Positions 1-10,825 of a DNA stretch of 32,000 nucleotides are shown piece after piece. Position numbers and translations under genes: made by a program. Below the pieces are notes generated by a model. The model was given only the letters and a program-made list of their open reading frames with translations. It was not told where the DNA came from and made no database searches. How positions within the stretch are numbered: the stretch's first letter is position 1; every line of letters starts with the position of its first letter. Source of the stretch: Nitrosococcus oceani ATCC 19707 (lineage in GTDB: Bacteria; Pseudomonadota; Gammaproteobacteria; Nitrosococcales; Nitrosococcaceae); assembly GCF_000012805.1 (NCBI RefSeq), contig NC_007484.1, positions 360,001 through 392,000 of the forward strand, read 5' to 3'.

Positions 1-1374
<1,374 letters not shown>

Positions 1375-2280
1375 ATGCATGTAACGCTTCGCCAGCTTCA
1401 TGTCTTTGAAGCAGTAGCCCGCCATTTAAGTTATACCCGAGCGGCGGAAGAACTTCACCTTAGCCAACCTGCTGTTTCTATGCAAATTAAGCAGTTAGAA
1501 GGTAATGTGGGGCTTGCGCTGTTTGAGCAGTTAGGTAAGAAAATCTTTCTGACTGAAGCGGGGCGGGAACTTTACCATTACAGTCAGCAGATCTCCCGGG
1601 AACTCAGCGAGGCTGAGGATGTCTTGGAGGAGCTTAAGGGCAGCCGGCGAGGTACGCTTACTATTGCCGTAGCCAGCACCGCCACTTATTTTGCGCTCCA
1701 TTTGCTGGGCCGTTTCCACCAGCGTTTTCCGGAGGCTAATATTAGCCTTGATGTGACCAACCGCAAATCCTTGCTGCGGCATCTAGAAGAAAATACCATT
1801 GATATGGCAATTATGGGTAAGCCTCCGGAGGGCTTGGAGGTGGTGGCTAAGCCTTTTATGGAGAATCCCTTGGTGGTGATTGCTCCGCCGGCGCATCCTT
1901 TGGCGGGGCAGCGGGTGCCCTTGACCGTATTACGGCAAGAAACCTTTATCCTGCGCGAGCATGGTTCCGGCACCCGTATTGCCATGGAGCGGTTCTTTGC
2001 TCGTTTGGGTGCTACGATCACTTCTAGTATGGAAATTAGCAGCAACGAAGCCATCAAGCAAGCGGTACAAGCGGGGTTTGGCCTTGGCATCGTATCCCAG
2101 CATACTTTGGAGAAAGAGCTCGCTTTACGGCGCTTAGTGATCCTAGAGGTTGACTCCTTCCCTATTATGCGCCATTGGTACATTGTGTATCGAAAGAACA
2201 AGCGTGCCACCGCCCTGCACAAAGCCTTCAAGAAGCTGGTATTCGAAGAGGCTCGGGAGCAATCAATCACGTTTAATTAA
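1375..2280 (+). CDS. cbbR: LysR-family transcriptional regulator, probable RuBisCO operon activator CbbR
   Basis: 301 aa. The N-terminal wHTH reads LRQLHVFEAVARHLSYTRAAEELHLSQPAVSMQIKQLE, followed by a LysR substrate-binding domain. It is divergently adjacent to cbbL, which is the classical cbbR position. Confidence 0.85.
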   Translation: MHVTLRQLHVFEAVARHLSYTRAAEELHLSQPAVSMQIKQLEGNVGLALFEQLGKKIFLTEAGRELYHYSQQISRELSEAEDVLEELKGSRRGTLTIAVASTATYFALHLLGRFHQRFPEANISLDVTNRKSLLRHLEENTIDMAIMGKPPEGLEVVAKPFMENPLVVIAPPAHPLAGQRVPLTVLRQETFILREHGSGTRIAMERFFARLGATITSSMEISSNEAIKQAVQAGFGLGIVSQHTLEKELALRRLVILEVDSFPIMRHWYIVYRKNKRATALHKAFKKLVFEEAREQSITFN

Positions 2281-2414
2281 CTTAAAGATTAGAAATTTTT
2301 GATTATTTCACCCCAAAATGGATCTAAATCTGATGGAATTTTGAAGGTTTTAGAACAAGATATCCGTTTTTTAGGCGTTGGCCTTAGGCATACGCTTAGG
2401 TGAAAAAGCGCTGA

Positions 2415-5354
2415 ATGTTCAAAAGCGTAGCATTTTCTGCAAAAAATATACTAATGCCAGACCCTGAACAAACTCCTGCCCCCCGTTTTTTAAGCCTTAA
2501 GTGGAAGGCTGTTTTGGTTTTTAGTCTGGTTCTGGTGACGATTAATATTTCCTTGGCAGGGCTTGCCTATTTAGGACTTCAGCGCCAATTTGCCCAGCAG
2601 CGCGAGCAAATTTACCTTGGGCATATTAAAGAAATTCGAGGGCTTATTAAGACTTCTTACCAGCGTATGGAACAGCTAGCTGATATCGTACCCCTCTTAC
2701 GCGGGGATAGGGCTGATAAGAACTCTTTGGCTGGAAAAATTGACTCCATATTTGAGCGGCATGGGCACTTGTTGCAGATAGTATGGGGGGTGGAAATAGC
2801 GAGTTTTTACTCTTCCGAGAATAAATTATTGGTCTCGTGGGGGCAGCAGGTCGGCACAGATCGGATTTTGGAATGGGTGCGTGCAGCGAATAAGAGAGAA
2901 CGGCCGATTACCGGATTAGACTGTGGAGAGCGGTGCCTCCAGTACGTAGCAGTCCCTTTACTGGCTAATGATGAGCGCGCCGGGGTTTTGCTGCTTGGCC
3001 GCTCCCTTGCCGAGGTAGTGCTTTCTTTCCGCCAGATTTCTGGCGACGACATCGGTATTATGACTGCTGTTAAGTTACCTTCTGAAAATGCGACTGAACT
3101 GCGCCGACTAATGCCTGAATGGGGTATGCGGATGGCGGCCTTGACAAATGCCGAACGTAATTTATTGGTGTTACGGTCGCTTTCTGAAGGCCATTCGCTA
3201 GCGGAGGTAGCTAGCCAGCATGTGTGGTACCACCATGCGGGTCGAGAGTATGAAGTTCGCCTTATACCGATAAATAAAGCAGGGGTGGAGAATCGGGAGG
3301 CTCAGCTGGTGGTCATTAGTGATGTGACCCGTGCTCTTGCTGATATTCGGCTAGCAACCCGGCGGAGCTTGCTAGGGGGTTTGGTTGGCCTGGTGGTTTC
3401 CGAAACTCTGCTGTTACTTTTGTTGTGGAAGCCAATGGCTCGTTTGCAGCGAGTCGTTTTAAGCCTGCCTTATTTGGCGGAGCATGCTTTCGAGAAAGTC
3501 CGGGCGCGCCTCAGTCATTCAGCCCAGCCTGCTTGGGGCCGGGACGAAATTGATGTCCTTAACGATACCGCCGTGACTCTTTCCTATCAGCTAGAGGCGT
3601 TGCAGGCAGAAATACAAGATCGAACCCGCCATTTAGCCGAGCGGGGTGATGATTTAGCGCGGGAGCGAGACTTTGTTACTGGGTTGTTGAATACTGCTCA
3701 GGTTATCATTCTAACCCAGGATAGCGCCGGGCGAGTGACGATGTTAAATCGGCAGGGGCAGAAAATAACAGGTTATGGCGCTGATCAAATCACAGGCCGG
3801 CCCTTCTATGAACTATTGGCGGGCGACAAGGTTTCACCGGAACTATTCCAACAGTTGGAAGAACTCCGGACTGGCCGCCGAGGCCAGGTACGCGTGGATA
3901 CGGGACTCCAGTGCCAGAATGGCAGCCAGCGTACTATTTCCTGGTTTCATTCTCGGTTGGCGGTTCACCCCTCCAGTGATGTCGTAGTTCTTAGTGTGGG
4001 ACATGATGTAACTGAGAGGGAGCAGGCGGAGCAACGGTTGGCCTGGCTAGCTGATCATGATCCCTTGACCGAACTGTTTAACCGGCGCCGTTTTCAGCAT
4101 GAATTCGAACAAATTCTCGGGGCTTCCATTCGTTATGGAACCCAGGGAGGCTTGCTTTATTTTGACCTTGATCAATTCAAATATATTAACGATACCAGTG
4201 GCCATCAAGCCGGAGATGCCCTGCTGCGGATGGTCGCCGACAAGTTACGCCAAGTCGTGCGGGGGAGCGATATTGTTGCCCGGCTTGGGGGTGATGAATT
4301 TGCAGTGGTCATTCGTGAGTGTGACGTTGAAAGTGCGGTCCGGGTCGCGCGAAAAGTTTGTACCCAACTGAGTACCTTGGAATTTCCAGCCCGGGGTGGT
4401 AATCACTCTATCTCTCTCAGCATCGGGATTGCGCTTTTTCCCCTCCATGGCGCTACTGTCCGCGATCTCATGGCCAATGCTGATGTGGCCATGTATCAGG
4501 CCAAAGAGGAAGGAAGAGGGCGTTGGCATTTATTTTCGAGCGATGAACAAGTCCGCGAACGGATGCAGCAGCGAGTATATTGGAAGGAGCAAATTGAACA
4601 AGCTCTGCGGGAAGATCGATTTCTGCTTTATTTCCAGCCCGTGTTGGATATCCGCACTCATACGATAGGCCATTATGAAGTTTTGCTCCGTATGTATGAC
4701 CATAGGGGCAGGATTATTTCTCCAGCCCAGTTTATCCCGGTGGCCGAGCAGTCAGGCTTGATCCACGCTATCGATCATCTGGTTTTGCGAAAAGCTATTG
4801 CCCAGCAAGCGAAGTTATGGTCTCAAGGGTATCATTTGACGCTTTCCATTAACCTTTCCGGCCGGGTAGTGGATGATCCCGAATTAGTACCTATCTTAGA
4901 AGATTTATTAAGGACGACCGGCGTTAATCCGTCCTCATTGATGTTTGAGGTGACCGAGACAGCAGCGGTTGCCGATCTGGCCGCTGCTGAGGGCTTTATG
5001 CACAGAATAAAAGCCCATGGCTGCCGTTTTGCCGTGGACGATTTTGGGGTGGGTTTTTCCTCCTTCTTTTATCTCAAGCGGTTGCCTGTCGATTACGTCA
5101 AAATCGATGGCATGTTTGTGCGCGAGTTAGCCAAAAGCCATCAGGACCAGGTTTTTGTCAAAGCTCTAAGCGAGGTTGCCAAGGGCCTTGGCAAAAAAGC
5201 GGTGGCCGAATTTGTAGAAGATGCTGAGGCCTTGGCATTACTCCATGAATACGGAGTGGATTATGCCCAGGGCCATTATATTGGCCGGCCAACTCCCCAT
5301 ATTGTTGAAACCCCATGTGCTGAGGGCAAGGTAGCTTGGTCCCACGCCCAATAG
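2415..5354 (+). CDS. Membrane sensor protein: periplasmic domain, HAMP/coiled coil, PAS, GGDEF, EAL (bifunctional c-di-GMP cyclase/phosphodiesterase type)
   Basis: 979 aa. Two hydrophobic segments (about aa 30-55 and 318-338) bracket a domain of about 260 aa that is presumably periplasmic. The GGDEF domain has an intact RLGGDEFAVV with an RGSD I-site 5 residues upstream. The EAL domain has YEVLLRM, SINLS, FEVTET, DDFGVGFSSF, KIDGMF, EFVED and QGHYIGRP. Confidence 0.9.
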   Translation: MFKSVAFSAKNILMPDPEQTPAPRFLSLKWKAVLVFSLVLVTINISLAGLAYLGLQRQFAQQREQIYLGHIKEIRGLIKTSYQRMEQLADIVPLLRGDRADKNSLAGKIDSIFERHGHLLQIVWGVEIASFYSSENKLLVSWGQQVGTDRILEWVRAANKRERPITGLDCGERCLQYVAVPLLANDERAGVLLLGRSLAEVVLSFRQISGDDIGIMTAVKLPSENATELRRLMPEWGMRMAALTNAERNLLVLRSLSEGHSLAEVASQHVWYHHAGREYEVRLIPINKAGVENREAQLVVISDVTRALADIRLATRRSLLGGLVGLVVSETLLLLLLWKPMARLQRVVLSLPYLAEHAFEKVRARLSHSAQPAWGRDEIDVLNDTAVTLSYQLEALQAEIQDRTRHLAERGDDLARERDFVTGLLNTAQVIILTQDSAGRVTMLNRQGQKITGYGADQITGRPFYELLAGDKVSPELFQQLEELRTGRRGQVRVDTGLQCQNGSQRTISWFHSRLAVHPSSDVVVLSVGHDVTEREQAEQRLAWLADHDPLTELFNRRRFQHEFEQILGASIRYGTQGGLLYFDLDQFKYINDTSGHQAGDALLRMVADKLRQVVRGSDIVARLGGDEFAVVIRECDVESAVRVARKVCTQLSTLEFPARGGNHSISLSIGIALFPLHGATVRDLMANADVAMYQAKEEGRGRWHLFSSDEQVRERMQQRVYWKEQIEQALREDRFLLYFQPVLDIRTHTIGHYEVLLRMYDHRGRIISPAQFIPVAEQSGLIHAIDHLVLRKAIAQQAKLWSQGYHLTLSINLSGRVVDDPELVPILEDLLRTTGVNPSSLMFEVTETAAVADLAAAEGFMHRIKAHGCRFAVDDFGVGFSSFFYLKRLPVDYVKIDGMFVRELAKSHQDQVFVKALSEVAKGLGKKAVAEFVEDAEALALLHEYGVDYAQGHYIGRPTPHIVETPCAEGKVAWSHAQ

Positions 5355-5382
5355 GGTGAGTGCCTTGGGTTCCTCTGGGTTT

Positions 5383-7134
5383 CTAGCTTGGGAGGAACCA
5401 TTGTGCTATTTCATGCTCGGGTAATTCCCGCCAGGGGAGGGGGGCTTTAAGGCCGGTTTCGATTTGATAAAGATTTTCCAACTCTTGCAGGAAAGCATTC
5501 ATTTCCTGGAGGGAGGGGCGGGATGTGGTTGAGGCAGGGTATTGCGCCGTAAGAGCGACGATGAGCTCTCCCAGCGGGATTTCAGCGGGCATTATGTGCT
5601 GCTGGCGGGTTAATTGGGCGAGTAAAGCCAGTAGTAAACCCTCGAGATCGAGCTCTCGGATGGCAGCAGGTATCTCCCGCAAAACGACGGTTTGGGGTCC
5701 TAACCGGTGCAGCCCGAGACCCAGTTTCCGCAGCTCCTGGACATGTCGTTCTGTCCACTCTGCCTGCTGCAGGGAAACCTGAAAAGTGAGAGGAAGAAGT
5801 AAAGGTTGCCGGATGATATGGCCGGCAGCGTAGGCGGTGCGCAGTCGTGCTTGAGCTAGATGGGCGCGGGCTATGGGCAAATCTACTAGCATCAACCCTT
5901 GGCTGTTTTCTGTCAGTAGATAGCGCCCGAGCACGAATGCCTGAACCTGACCGAACCGTGATGGAGCATCGTTTCTCCCTTTGGATAGGGGGTTATGTTT
6001 CCCATGCTTCCGGGGACCATAGCTTCCGGGGACCTCTGCTACGAGATAAGTGTCGCCAGCCTGTTCTTTACCGAGCACCTCATGGGGGTGTGATCGAAAT
6101 TCTCCAGAGGCTAGCCGATGCTCTCCTTCGGGTTCGGTTTGTTCTAGTATCTCTGCTAACGTGCGAACGATAAAACCATGAACCTGCCGGGATTCCCGAA
6201 ACCGGACTTCATGCTTAGCCGGGTGGGCATTGACATCTACTTGATGAGTGGGTAATTCCAGATACAGTAAATAGGCGGGGTGGCGCCCTTGGGACAGGCG
6301 GTTGCCATAAGCTTGGCGAGCTGCATGGCTCAATAGCTTGTCTCGAACCATGCGGTGGTTAACATAACAATATTGGAGATCGGTTTGACTGCGGGCGAAT
6401 TCAGGATGTCCTAACCAGCCCCATAGGCATAGCCCTTCTATTTCCCGCTTGAAGTACATACTATGCTCAGCAAAATTCCGTCCGCAGAGTTCGGTAATCC
6501 GTTTCAGCTGCTCAGGGGGGCAGGTACAAGCAGGCAGGGTGAGAAAAGGACGCCGGTTATAACTTATTCGAAAGCTTATTTCGAAATGGCTGAGAGCTAG
6601 TTGTGTTTGTATCGTGCGTAAACGTATAAACTCGGTTTTTTCCCCTCGGAGGAAGCGCCGCCGAGCTGGAGTATTGTAAAACAGATCACGGACCTCAACC
6701 GTGGTGCCTAGGGGATGGGCGATGGGTTGTACCGGCGTATTTTCCCGAATGCACCAGCCATGTTCATTATCTGCCATCCGGGAACTGAGGCTAAGACGGG
6801 AAACGGCGTCGATGCTTGCCAAGGCTTCGCCGCGAAAGCCCAAAGTAGTAATATTGAGTAATTCTTCTCCGTGGCGAACTTTACTGGTAGCGTGGGAGCT
6901 TAAGGCTAAAGGCAAATCATTATGATGGATGCCGCAACCGTCATCACGGACTCGGATAAGCCCAATGCCCCCCGCCTCCGTTTCAATTTCGATGCGTTGG
7001 GCGCCTGCATCTAGAGCGTTTTCCACAAGTTCTTTGAGTACTGAAGCGGGGCGTTCCACCACCTCCCCGGCAGCAATCTGGTTAGCTAGTGCCGGAGGTA
7101 GAATCTGAATACGGGGGATGGAAGGAGCGGCCAT
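5383..7134 (-). CDS. mutL: DNA mismatch repair protein MutL
   Basis: The N-terminal GHKL ATPase motifs read QILPPALANQIAAGEVVERPASVLKELVENALDAGA and DDGCGI. The track ORF starts at a TTG (7149). The ATG at 7134 (MAAPSIPRIQILPP...) matches the usual MutL N-terminus and leaves 11 nt after the amiB stop. Confidence 0.93.
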   Translation of the reverse strand: MAAPSIPRIQILPPALANQIAAGEVVERPASVLKELVENALDAGAQRIEIETEAGGIGLIRVRDDGCGIHHNDLPLALSSHATSKVRHGEELLNITTLGFRGEALASIDAVSRLSLSSRMADNEHGWCIRENTPVQPIAHPLGTTVEVRDLFYNTPARRRFLRGEKTEFIRLRTIQTQLALSHFEISFRISYNRRPFLTLPACTCPPEQLKRITELCGRNFAEHSMYFKREIEGLCLWGWLGHPEFARSQTDLQYCYVNHRMVRDKLLSHAARQAYGNRLSQGRHPAYLLYLELPTHQVDVNAHPAKHEVRFRESRQVHGFIVRTLAEILEQTEPEGEHRLASGEFRSHPHEVLGKEQAGDTYLVAEVPGSYGPRKHGKHNPLSKGRNDAPSRFGQVQAFVLGRYLLTENSQGLMLVDLPIARAHLAQARLRTAYAAGHIIRQPLLLPLTFQVSLQQAEWTERHVQELRKLGLGLHRLGPQTVVLREIPAAIRELDLEGLLLALLAQLTRQQHIMPAEIPLGELIVALTAQYPASTTSRPSLQEMNAFLQELENLYQIETGLKAPLPWRELPEHEIAQWFLPS

Positions 7135-7145
7135 CTTTGTTTTTA

Positions 7146-8564
7146 TCAAGGAATCAGCAAGATATCTCCTACGTGGATGCGATCGCCCTTGAGATCATTA
7201 GCTAAACGCAGTTGATTGAGGCTCACATCATAATGTTGGGCAACACCAGAGAGGGTATCGCCGCGATTGATGATGTGGCGGCGCTGAGCGAGGAGGGTGT
7301 CTGGTAGGGGATTGCTATAGAAATAGTACCGAATGCCATTCATCATCGCGTTTGCTAATTGCTGTTGATGGGTTTGGCTGCGCAACTGCCGTTCTTCGTG
7401 GGGGTTAGAAATAAAAGCGGTTTCTATCAATACTGAGGGAATATCGGGAGATTTGAGTACGGCAAAGCCGGCATGCTGGACGTGCTGGCTGTGAACCTGG
7501 CCAACATTTTTGAGTCCGGCAAGGAGAGTATCCGCTATTTTCAGGCTTGCTTCATGGGTGGAGGTTTGGGATAGGTCAAGCAGGACGCGGGCCAAGAGAT
7601 CGTCTTTCTCATTTAAATTCACGCCGCCGATGAACTCCGATTCATTCTCCCTTTTGGCGAGATAGCGTGCAGCCTCACTGCTTGCCCCTTTTTCAGAGAG
7701 AATATAGACGGAAGAGCCGCGCGCTTTAGGGTGAGTGAAAGCATCGGCGTGGATGGAAATGAAGAGATCCGCTTTATGTTGGCGAGCTTCCTTGATCCGT
7801 TCTCGCAGACCGACGTAGTAATCCCCCTTGCGTATCATCACTGGGCGCATGCCTGGCTCTCGGTCCAGCAACCGGGCAAGTTTCCGGGCAATAGCCAGTA
7901 CTACCTGCTTTTCCTGGGTTCCCTGGGGACCAATAGCACCAGGATCTTCGCCTCCATGACCTGCATCGATGGCAATGACAATGTCCCGCGGCTTGTCCCT
8001 GGCAGCAGCTATGATCGTAGTAGAATTTGGTTGAGTTTTTTCGCTTTTCCCTCCCTGGGGAGGGTTGCCTCTAGGGGGGTTATTCTCAGGAGCAATTCTA
8101 ATCTTATGAGTCGTCTGCTGCGGCTTATTGTCAGTGATAGCAGCAACTGTTTTTACGAGCTTTTGCTGGGATTCTCCAATATCGGTTCGGGTTAAATCAA
8201 TGACTAGGCGGTGACTATGATTTTTATAGGGTTTGAGCGAAAAACTTTTGGCATGCGCAGCGTGGGACAGCTCAAGGACTACTCGCAGAATGCCAGTGCT
8301 CTTATTAGCGCTGCGGAGACCACGGAGCAGCTTACCGTTAAGGCTATTGGGAGGTAGAGGCTGGGCTAAGCGGGTGTTAGCAAGATCAATTACAATTCTA
8401 TGGGGACTCGCCAGAGTAAATACCCGGTGTTGGACAGGGGCGCTTAAATCAAATACCAGCCGTGTTTTTTCCTCAGCGGACCATACCCGTACGCCTTGTA
8501 CCTGCACCCCGGCAAAAGCCAGGACAGGCACTAGGCATATTAAAAAGTAGGCTATTCGTTTCAC
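7146..8564 (-). CDS. amiB: N-acetylmuramoyl-L-alanine amidase (AMIN domain, Pro/Gln-rich linker, amidase_3 domain, C-terminal LysM)
   Basis: 472 aa with a GTG start. The signal peptide is MKRIAYFLICLVPVLAFAG. Amidase_3 motifs include VIAIDAGHGGEDPGA and FISIHADA. The C-terminal LysM reads HIINRGDTLSGVAQHYDVSLNQLRLANDLKGDRIHVGDILLIP. Its position in nnr-tsaE-amiB-mutL matches E. coli. Confidence 0.9.
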   Translation of the reverse strand: MKRIAYFLICLVPVLAFAGVQVQGVRVWSAEEKTRLVFDLSAPVQHRVFTLASPHRIVIDLANTRLAQPLPPNSLNGKLLRGLRSANKSTGILRVVLELSHAAHAKSFSLKPYKNHSHRLVIDLTRTDIGESQQKLVKTVAAITDNKPQQTTHKIRIAPENNPPRGNPPQGGKSEKTQPNSTTIIAAARDKPRDIVIAIDAGHGGEDPGAIGPQGTQEKQVVLAIARKLARLLDREPGMRPVMIRKGDYYVGLRERIKEARQHKADLFISIHADAFTHPKARGSSVYILSEKGASSEAARYLAKRENESEFIGGVNLNEKDDLLARVLLDLSQTSTHEASLKIADTLLAGLKNVGQVHSQHVQHAGFAVLKSPDIPSVLIETAFISNPHEERQLRSQTHQQQLANAMMNGIRYYFYSNPLPDTLLAQRRHIINRGDTLSGVAQHYDVSLNQLRLANDLKGDRIHVGDILLIP

Positions 8565-8657
8565 GGTAAGTAGAATATCGATTATTTCAAGGCCAATCTT
8601 TAACCATCCCTAGCTTGAATGGCAAGTTTATTTAGTTATAAATTTCTCTATTGTTTT

Positions 8658-8684
8658 TTTATAGATAGGATGGGTTCTTGTCAA
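8658..8684 (-). promoter_or_regulatory. Candidate sigma-70 promoter for amiB-mutL inside the tsaE-amiB spacer
   Basis: On the minus strand, TTGACA (8684-8679) is followed by a 15-nt spacer and TATAAA (8663-8658). That places it about 95 nt upstream of the amiB GTG. The spacer is shorter than the 16-18 nt optimum, so this call is weak. Confidence 0.3.
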
Positions 8685-8702
8685 GCTTTCTAGCAATTAA
8701 TT

Positions 8703-9161
8703 TCATGATATAGGGTGAAGCAAATGTTGCCCCCGTTCCGTTTTAGCCTCTAGGCGGGCTGATCGGCTTCCGATCTCAAGGTACCCCAGGGAAATTTGAA
8801 GATCCGGCGGTGGAAGCCAGCTAAGCGCCCGCTCCGGCCATTCTATGAGAATGATGGCCCCCGGAGTGAAATAATCTTGGATACCCATGAATTCCAGCTC
8901 CTGGGGATCGGTTAAGCGATAAAGATCAAAATGATAGATTTGCTGTTGGTTTAAGATGTAGGGTTCTACCAGGGTATAAGTGGGACTCTTCACCGTTCCC
9001 TTATGTCCAAGGGCCTGCAGAAACCCCCGGGTCAGAGTGGTTTTCCCTGTCCCTAGGGTTCCTAGAAGAAAAATAATGGCTCCTTCCTTTCTACAGGCAT
9101 GGCCCAAGCGAGCCCCTAAGGCGAGGGTAGCTTCCTCGTCAGCTAAAACGACATCAATCAT
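8703..9161 (-). CDS. tsaE: tRNA threonylcarbamoyladenosine (t6A) biosynthesis ATPase TsaE (YjeE)
   Basis: 152 aa. The Walker A motif reads LLGTLGTGKTTLTRG, and conserved SPTYTLV and HFDLYR are present. Its start overlaps the nnr stop in an ATGA arrangement (9158-9161). Confidence 0.9.
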   Translation of the reverse strand: MIDVVLADEEATLALGARLGHACRKEGAIIFLLGTLGTGKTTLTRGFLQALGHKGTVKSPTYTLVEPYILNQQQIYHFDLYRLTDPQELEFMGIQDYFTPGAIILIEWPERALSWLPPPDLQISLGYLEIGSRSARLEAKTERGQHLLHPIS

Positions 9162-10654
9162 GGGCCTATTTGTTGAAGATTGGCCAGTTGTCGCAGATGT
9201 TCCATCAAATCGCTCGCCAGCAGTCCCCGCTCACCCCCTTCACGGGCAGCGCGATCGCCAGCCATGGCATGAATTGTTACCCCCAAATGGGCCGCATTAT
9301 TCAGGGTAAGTCCTTGAGCCAGCAGGCCGGCGATAGTTCCGGAGAGGACGTCCCCCATACCGCCACTGGCCATTCCTGGATTGCCTGCCGTGCATAGCCC
9401 TAGGGGGTGATTCGTGGAGCATACCAGAGACCCATTTCCTTTAAGCACCGCAACCCCGCCGTAGCGCTGTTGAAGAGCCTGGACTGCGGCAAAACGGTCT
9501 GCTTGTATTTCTTCAATATTAATGTTCAGCAGTCTCGATGCTTCACCGGGGTGGGGAGTGATAATCCAGCGGTTATGCTGGCGGGGTTGACTGGCTAGCA
9601 GATTGAGGGCATCCGCATCCACCACCAGAGGGTGGGAATGGTTGAGTGCCTCAGCGAGCATTGTTTGGCCCCAAAGATCCTGGCCTAGGCCTGGACCAAT
9701 GACAAGGGTAGTAGCCCGGTTCAGCAATGGTTTTAACTCTTCGGCGCTCTCTACCCCGTAGCACATCAATTCTGGGCGGGCTAGGTTGAGCAGGGAAGCA
9801 TGCTTCTCCCGGGTGGCAATACTGACCAGCCCCGCTCCTACCCGATAAGCTGCTTCCCCCGCCATGCGTGCGGCTCCGGGCATTCCTCTCTCGCCTCCAA
9901 TGATGACAACATGGCCGTAATCGCCCTTATGGCCAGCCTTAGCGCGGGAGGGGAGTTTGGTGATGTGATCTTCAAGGGTAATGCGGCGGGCCGAAGGCGT
10001 CACCCCGTGATAGGCTTCGGGAGGAATACTAAGGGAGTCGAAAGCAATCTCGCCACAGTAATCCGGACCCAGATGGGTGAACATCCCTTGTTTCAGGCCC
10101 CCAAAGGTGGCAGTCACTTGGGCTTTGATGGCGATACCCAGGATATTCCCGGTATCGGCATGGAGCCCAGAGGGGATATCCATAGCAAACACCGGCTGTC
10201 CGCAGGTATTGATGGCTTCGATAGCATCGGCCCACTGGCCAGTGACTCCCCGGCTGAGTCCGGTGCCGAAAATAGCATCTATTACCACATCCGCGGCGCG
10301 GAGCACTTGGGGTTGGAAGGGAAGGATTTCCATGCCGCTGTCTAATAGCATTTGTCGCGCGGCTTGGGCATCGGTGCTAAGCTTGCTATTATCCCCTAGT
10401 TGATAGATGGATACATACATTTCGGCTTTACGGGCTAGGCGGGCCAGGACATAGCCATCTCCACCATTATTGCCGACTCCACAGATAATCACTAAGCGTT
10501 GTGCCTGTGGCCAGTGTTTGCGTAGTTGCTCTAGGGAAGCCTTACCGGCTCGCTCCATTAACATGGCGCCAGATATTCCAAACTCTTCAATGGTGCACCT
10601 GTCCAATTCACGTACTTGGGCAGCCGTGTATAAATTAAGGGGGAGAATAGCCAT
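9158..10654 (-). CDS. nnr: Bifunctional NAD(P)H-hydrate repair enzyme (epimerase / ADP-dependent dehydratase)
   Basis: 498 aa. The N-terminal YjeF_N domain reads ICGVGNNGGDGYVLAR. The C-terminal carbohydrate-kinase-like domain has GPGLG and GMASGGMGDVLSG. It heads the conserved nnr-tsaE-amiB-mutL cluster. Confidence 0.92.
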   Translation of the reverse strand: MAILPLNLYTAAQVRELDRCTIEEFGISGAMLMERAGKASLEQLRKHWPQAQRLVIICGVGNNGGDGYVLARLARKAEMYVSIYQLGDNSKLSTDAQAARQMLLDSGMEILPFQPQVLRAADVVIDAIFGTGLSRGVTGQWADAIEAINTCGQPVFAMDIPSGLHADTGNILGIAIKAQVTATFGGLKQGMFTHLGPDYCGEIAFDSLSIPPEAYHGVTPSARRITLEDHITKLPSRAKAGHKGDYGHVVIIGGERGMPGAARMAGEAAYRVGAGLVSIATREKHASLLNLARPELMCYGVESAEELKPLLNRATTLVIGPGLGQDLWGQTMLAEALNHSHPLVVDADALNLLASQPRQHNRWIITPHPGEASRLLNINIEEIQADRFAAVQALQQRYGGVAVLKGNGSLVCSTNHPLGLCTAGNPGMASGGMGDVLSGTIAGLLAQGLTLNNAAHLGVTIHAMAGDRAAREGGERGLLASDLMEHLRQLANLQQIGP

Positions 10655-10787
10655 TTGGGGTACCTCTATGGATGTTGTTATTTTGGAATGAGGAGCAGGG
10701 GTTTTACTGGCCAGCGCCTACCGGCGCTTAATACTATTTACTGGTTGTTCTACCCCCATTCAGGATAGGACTTCAGCCTATATTAGC

Positions 10788-10825
10788 AAAAATCCAGATA
10801 AAACCCTTGCCCAATCGGGCAAGGG
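10788..10825 (-). terminator. Strong intrinsic-terminator-like hairpin, minus-strand orientation, with no gene upstream of it
   Basis: The minus strand reads CCCTTGCCC-gatt-GGGCAAGGG: a perfect 9-bp GC-rich stem with a 4-nt loop (plus-strand 10804-10825). It is followed immediately by TTTTATCTGGATTTTT (10803-10788). On the plus strand no U-run follows the stem. It lies about 130 nt upstream of the nnr start codon. Confidence 0.5.

Noticed and set aside
1686-2270. A 194-aa antisense ORF inside cbbR, and similar long antisense ORFs in amiB (7731-8195), nnr (9800-10345, 10077-10403) and mutL (5847-6173)
   Set aside because: Each lies wholly within a confidently identified gene on the other strand. 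None has a recognisable domain.
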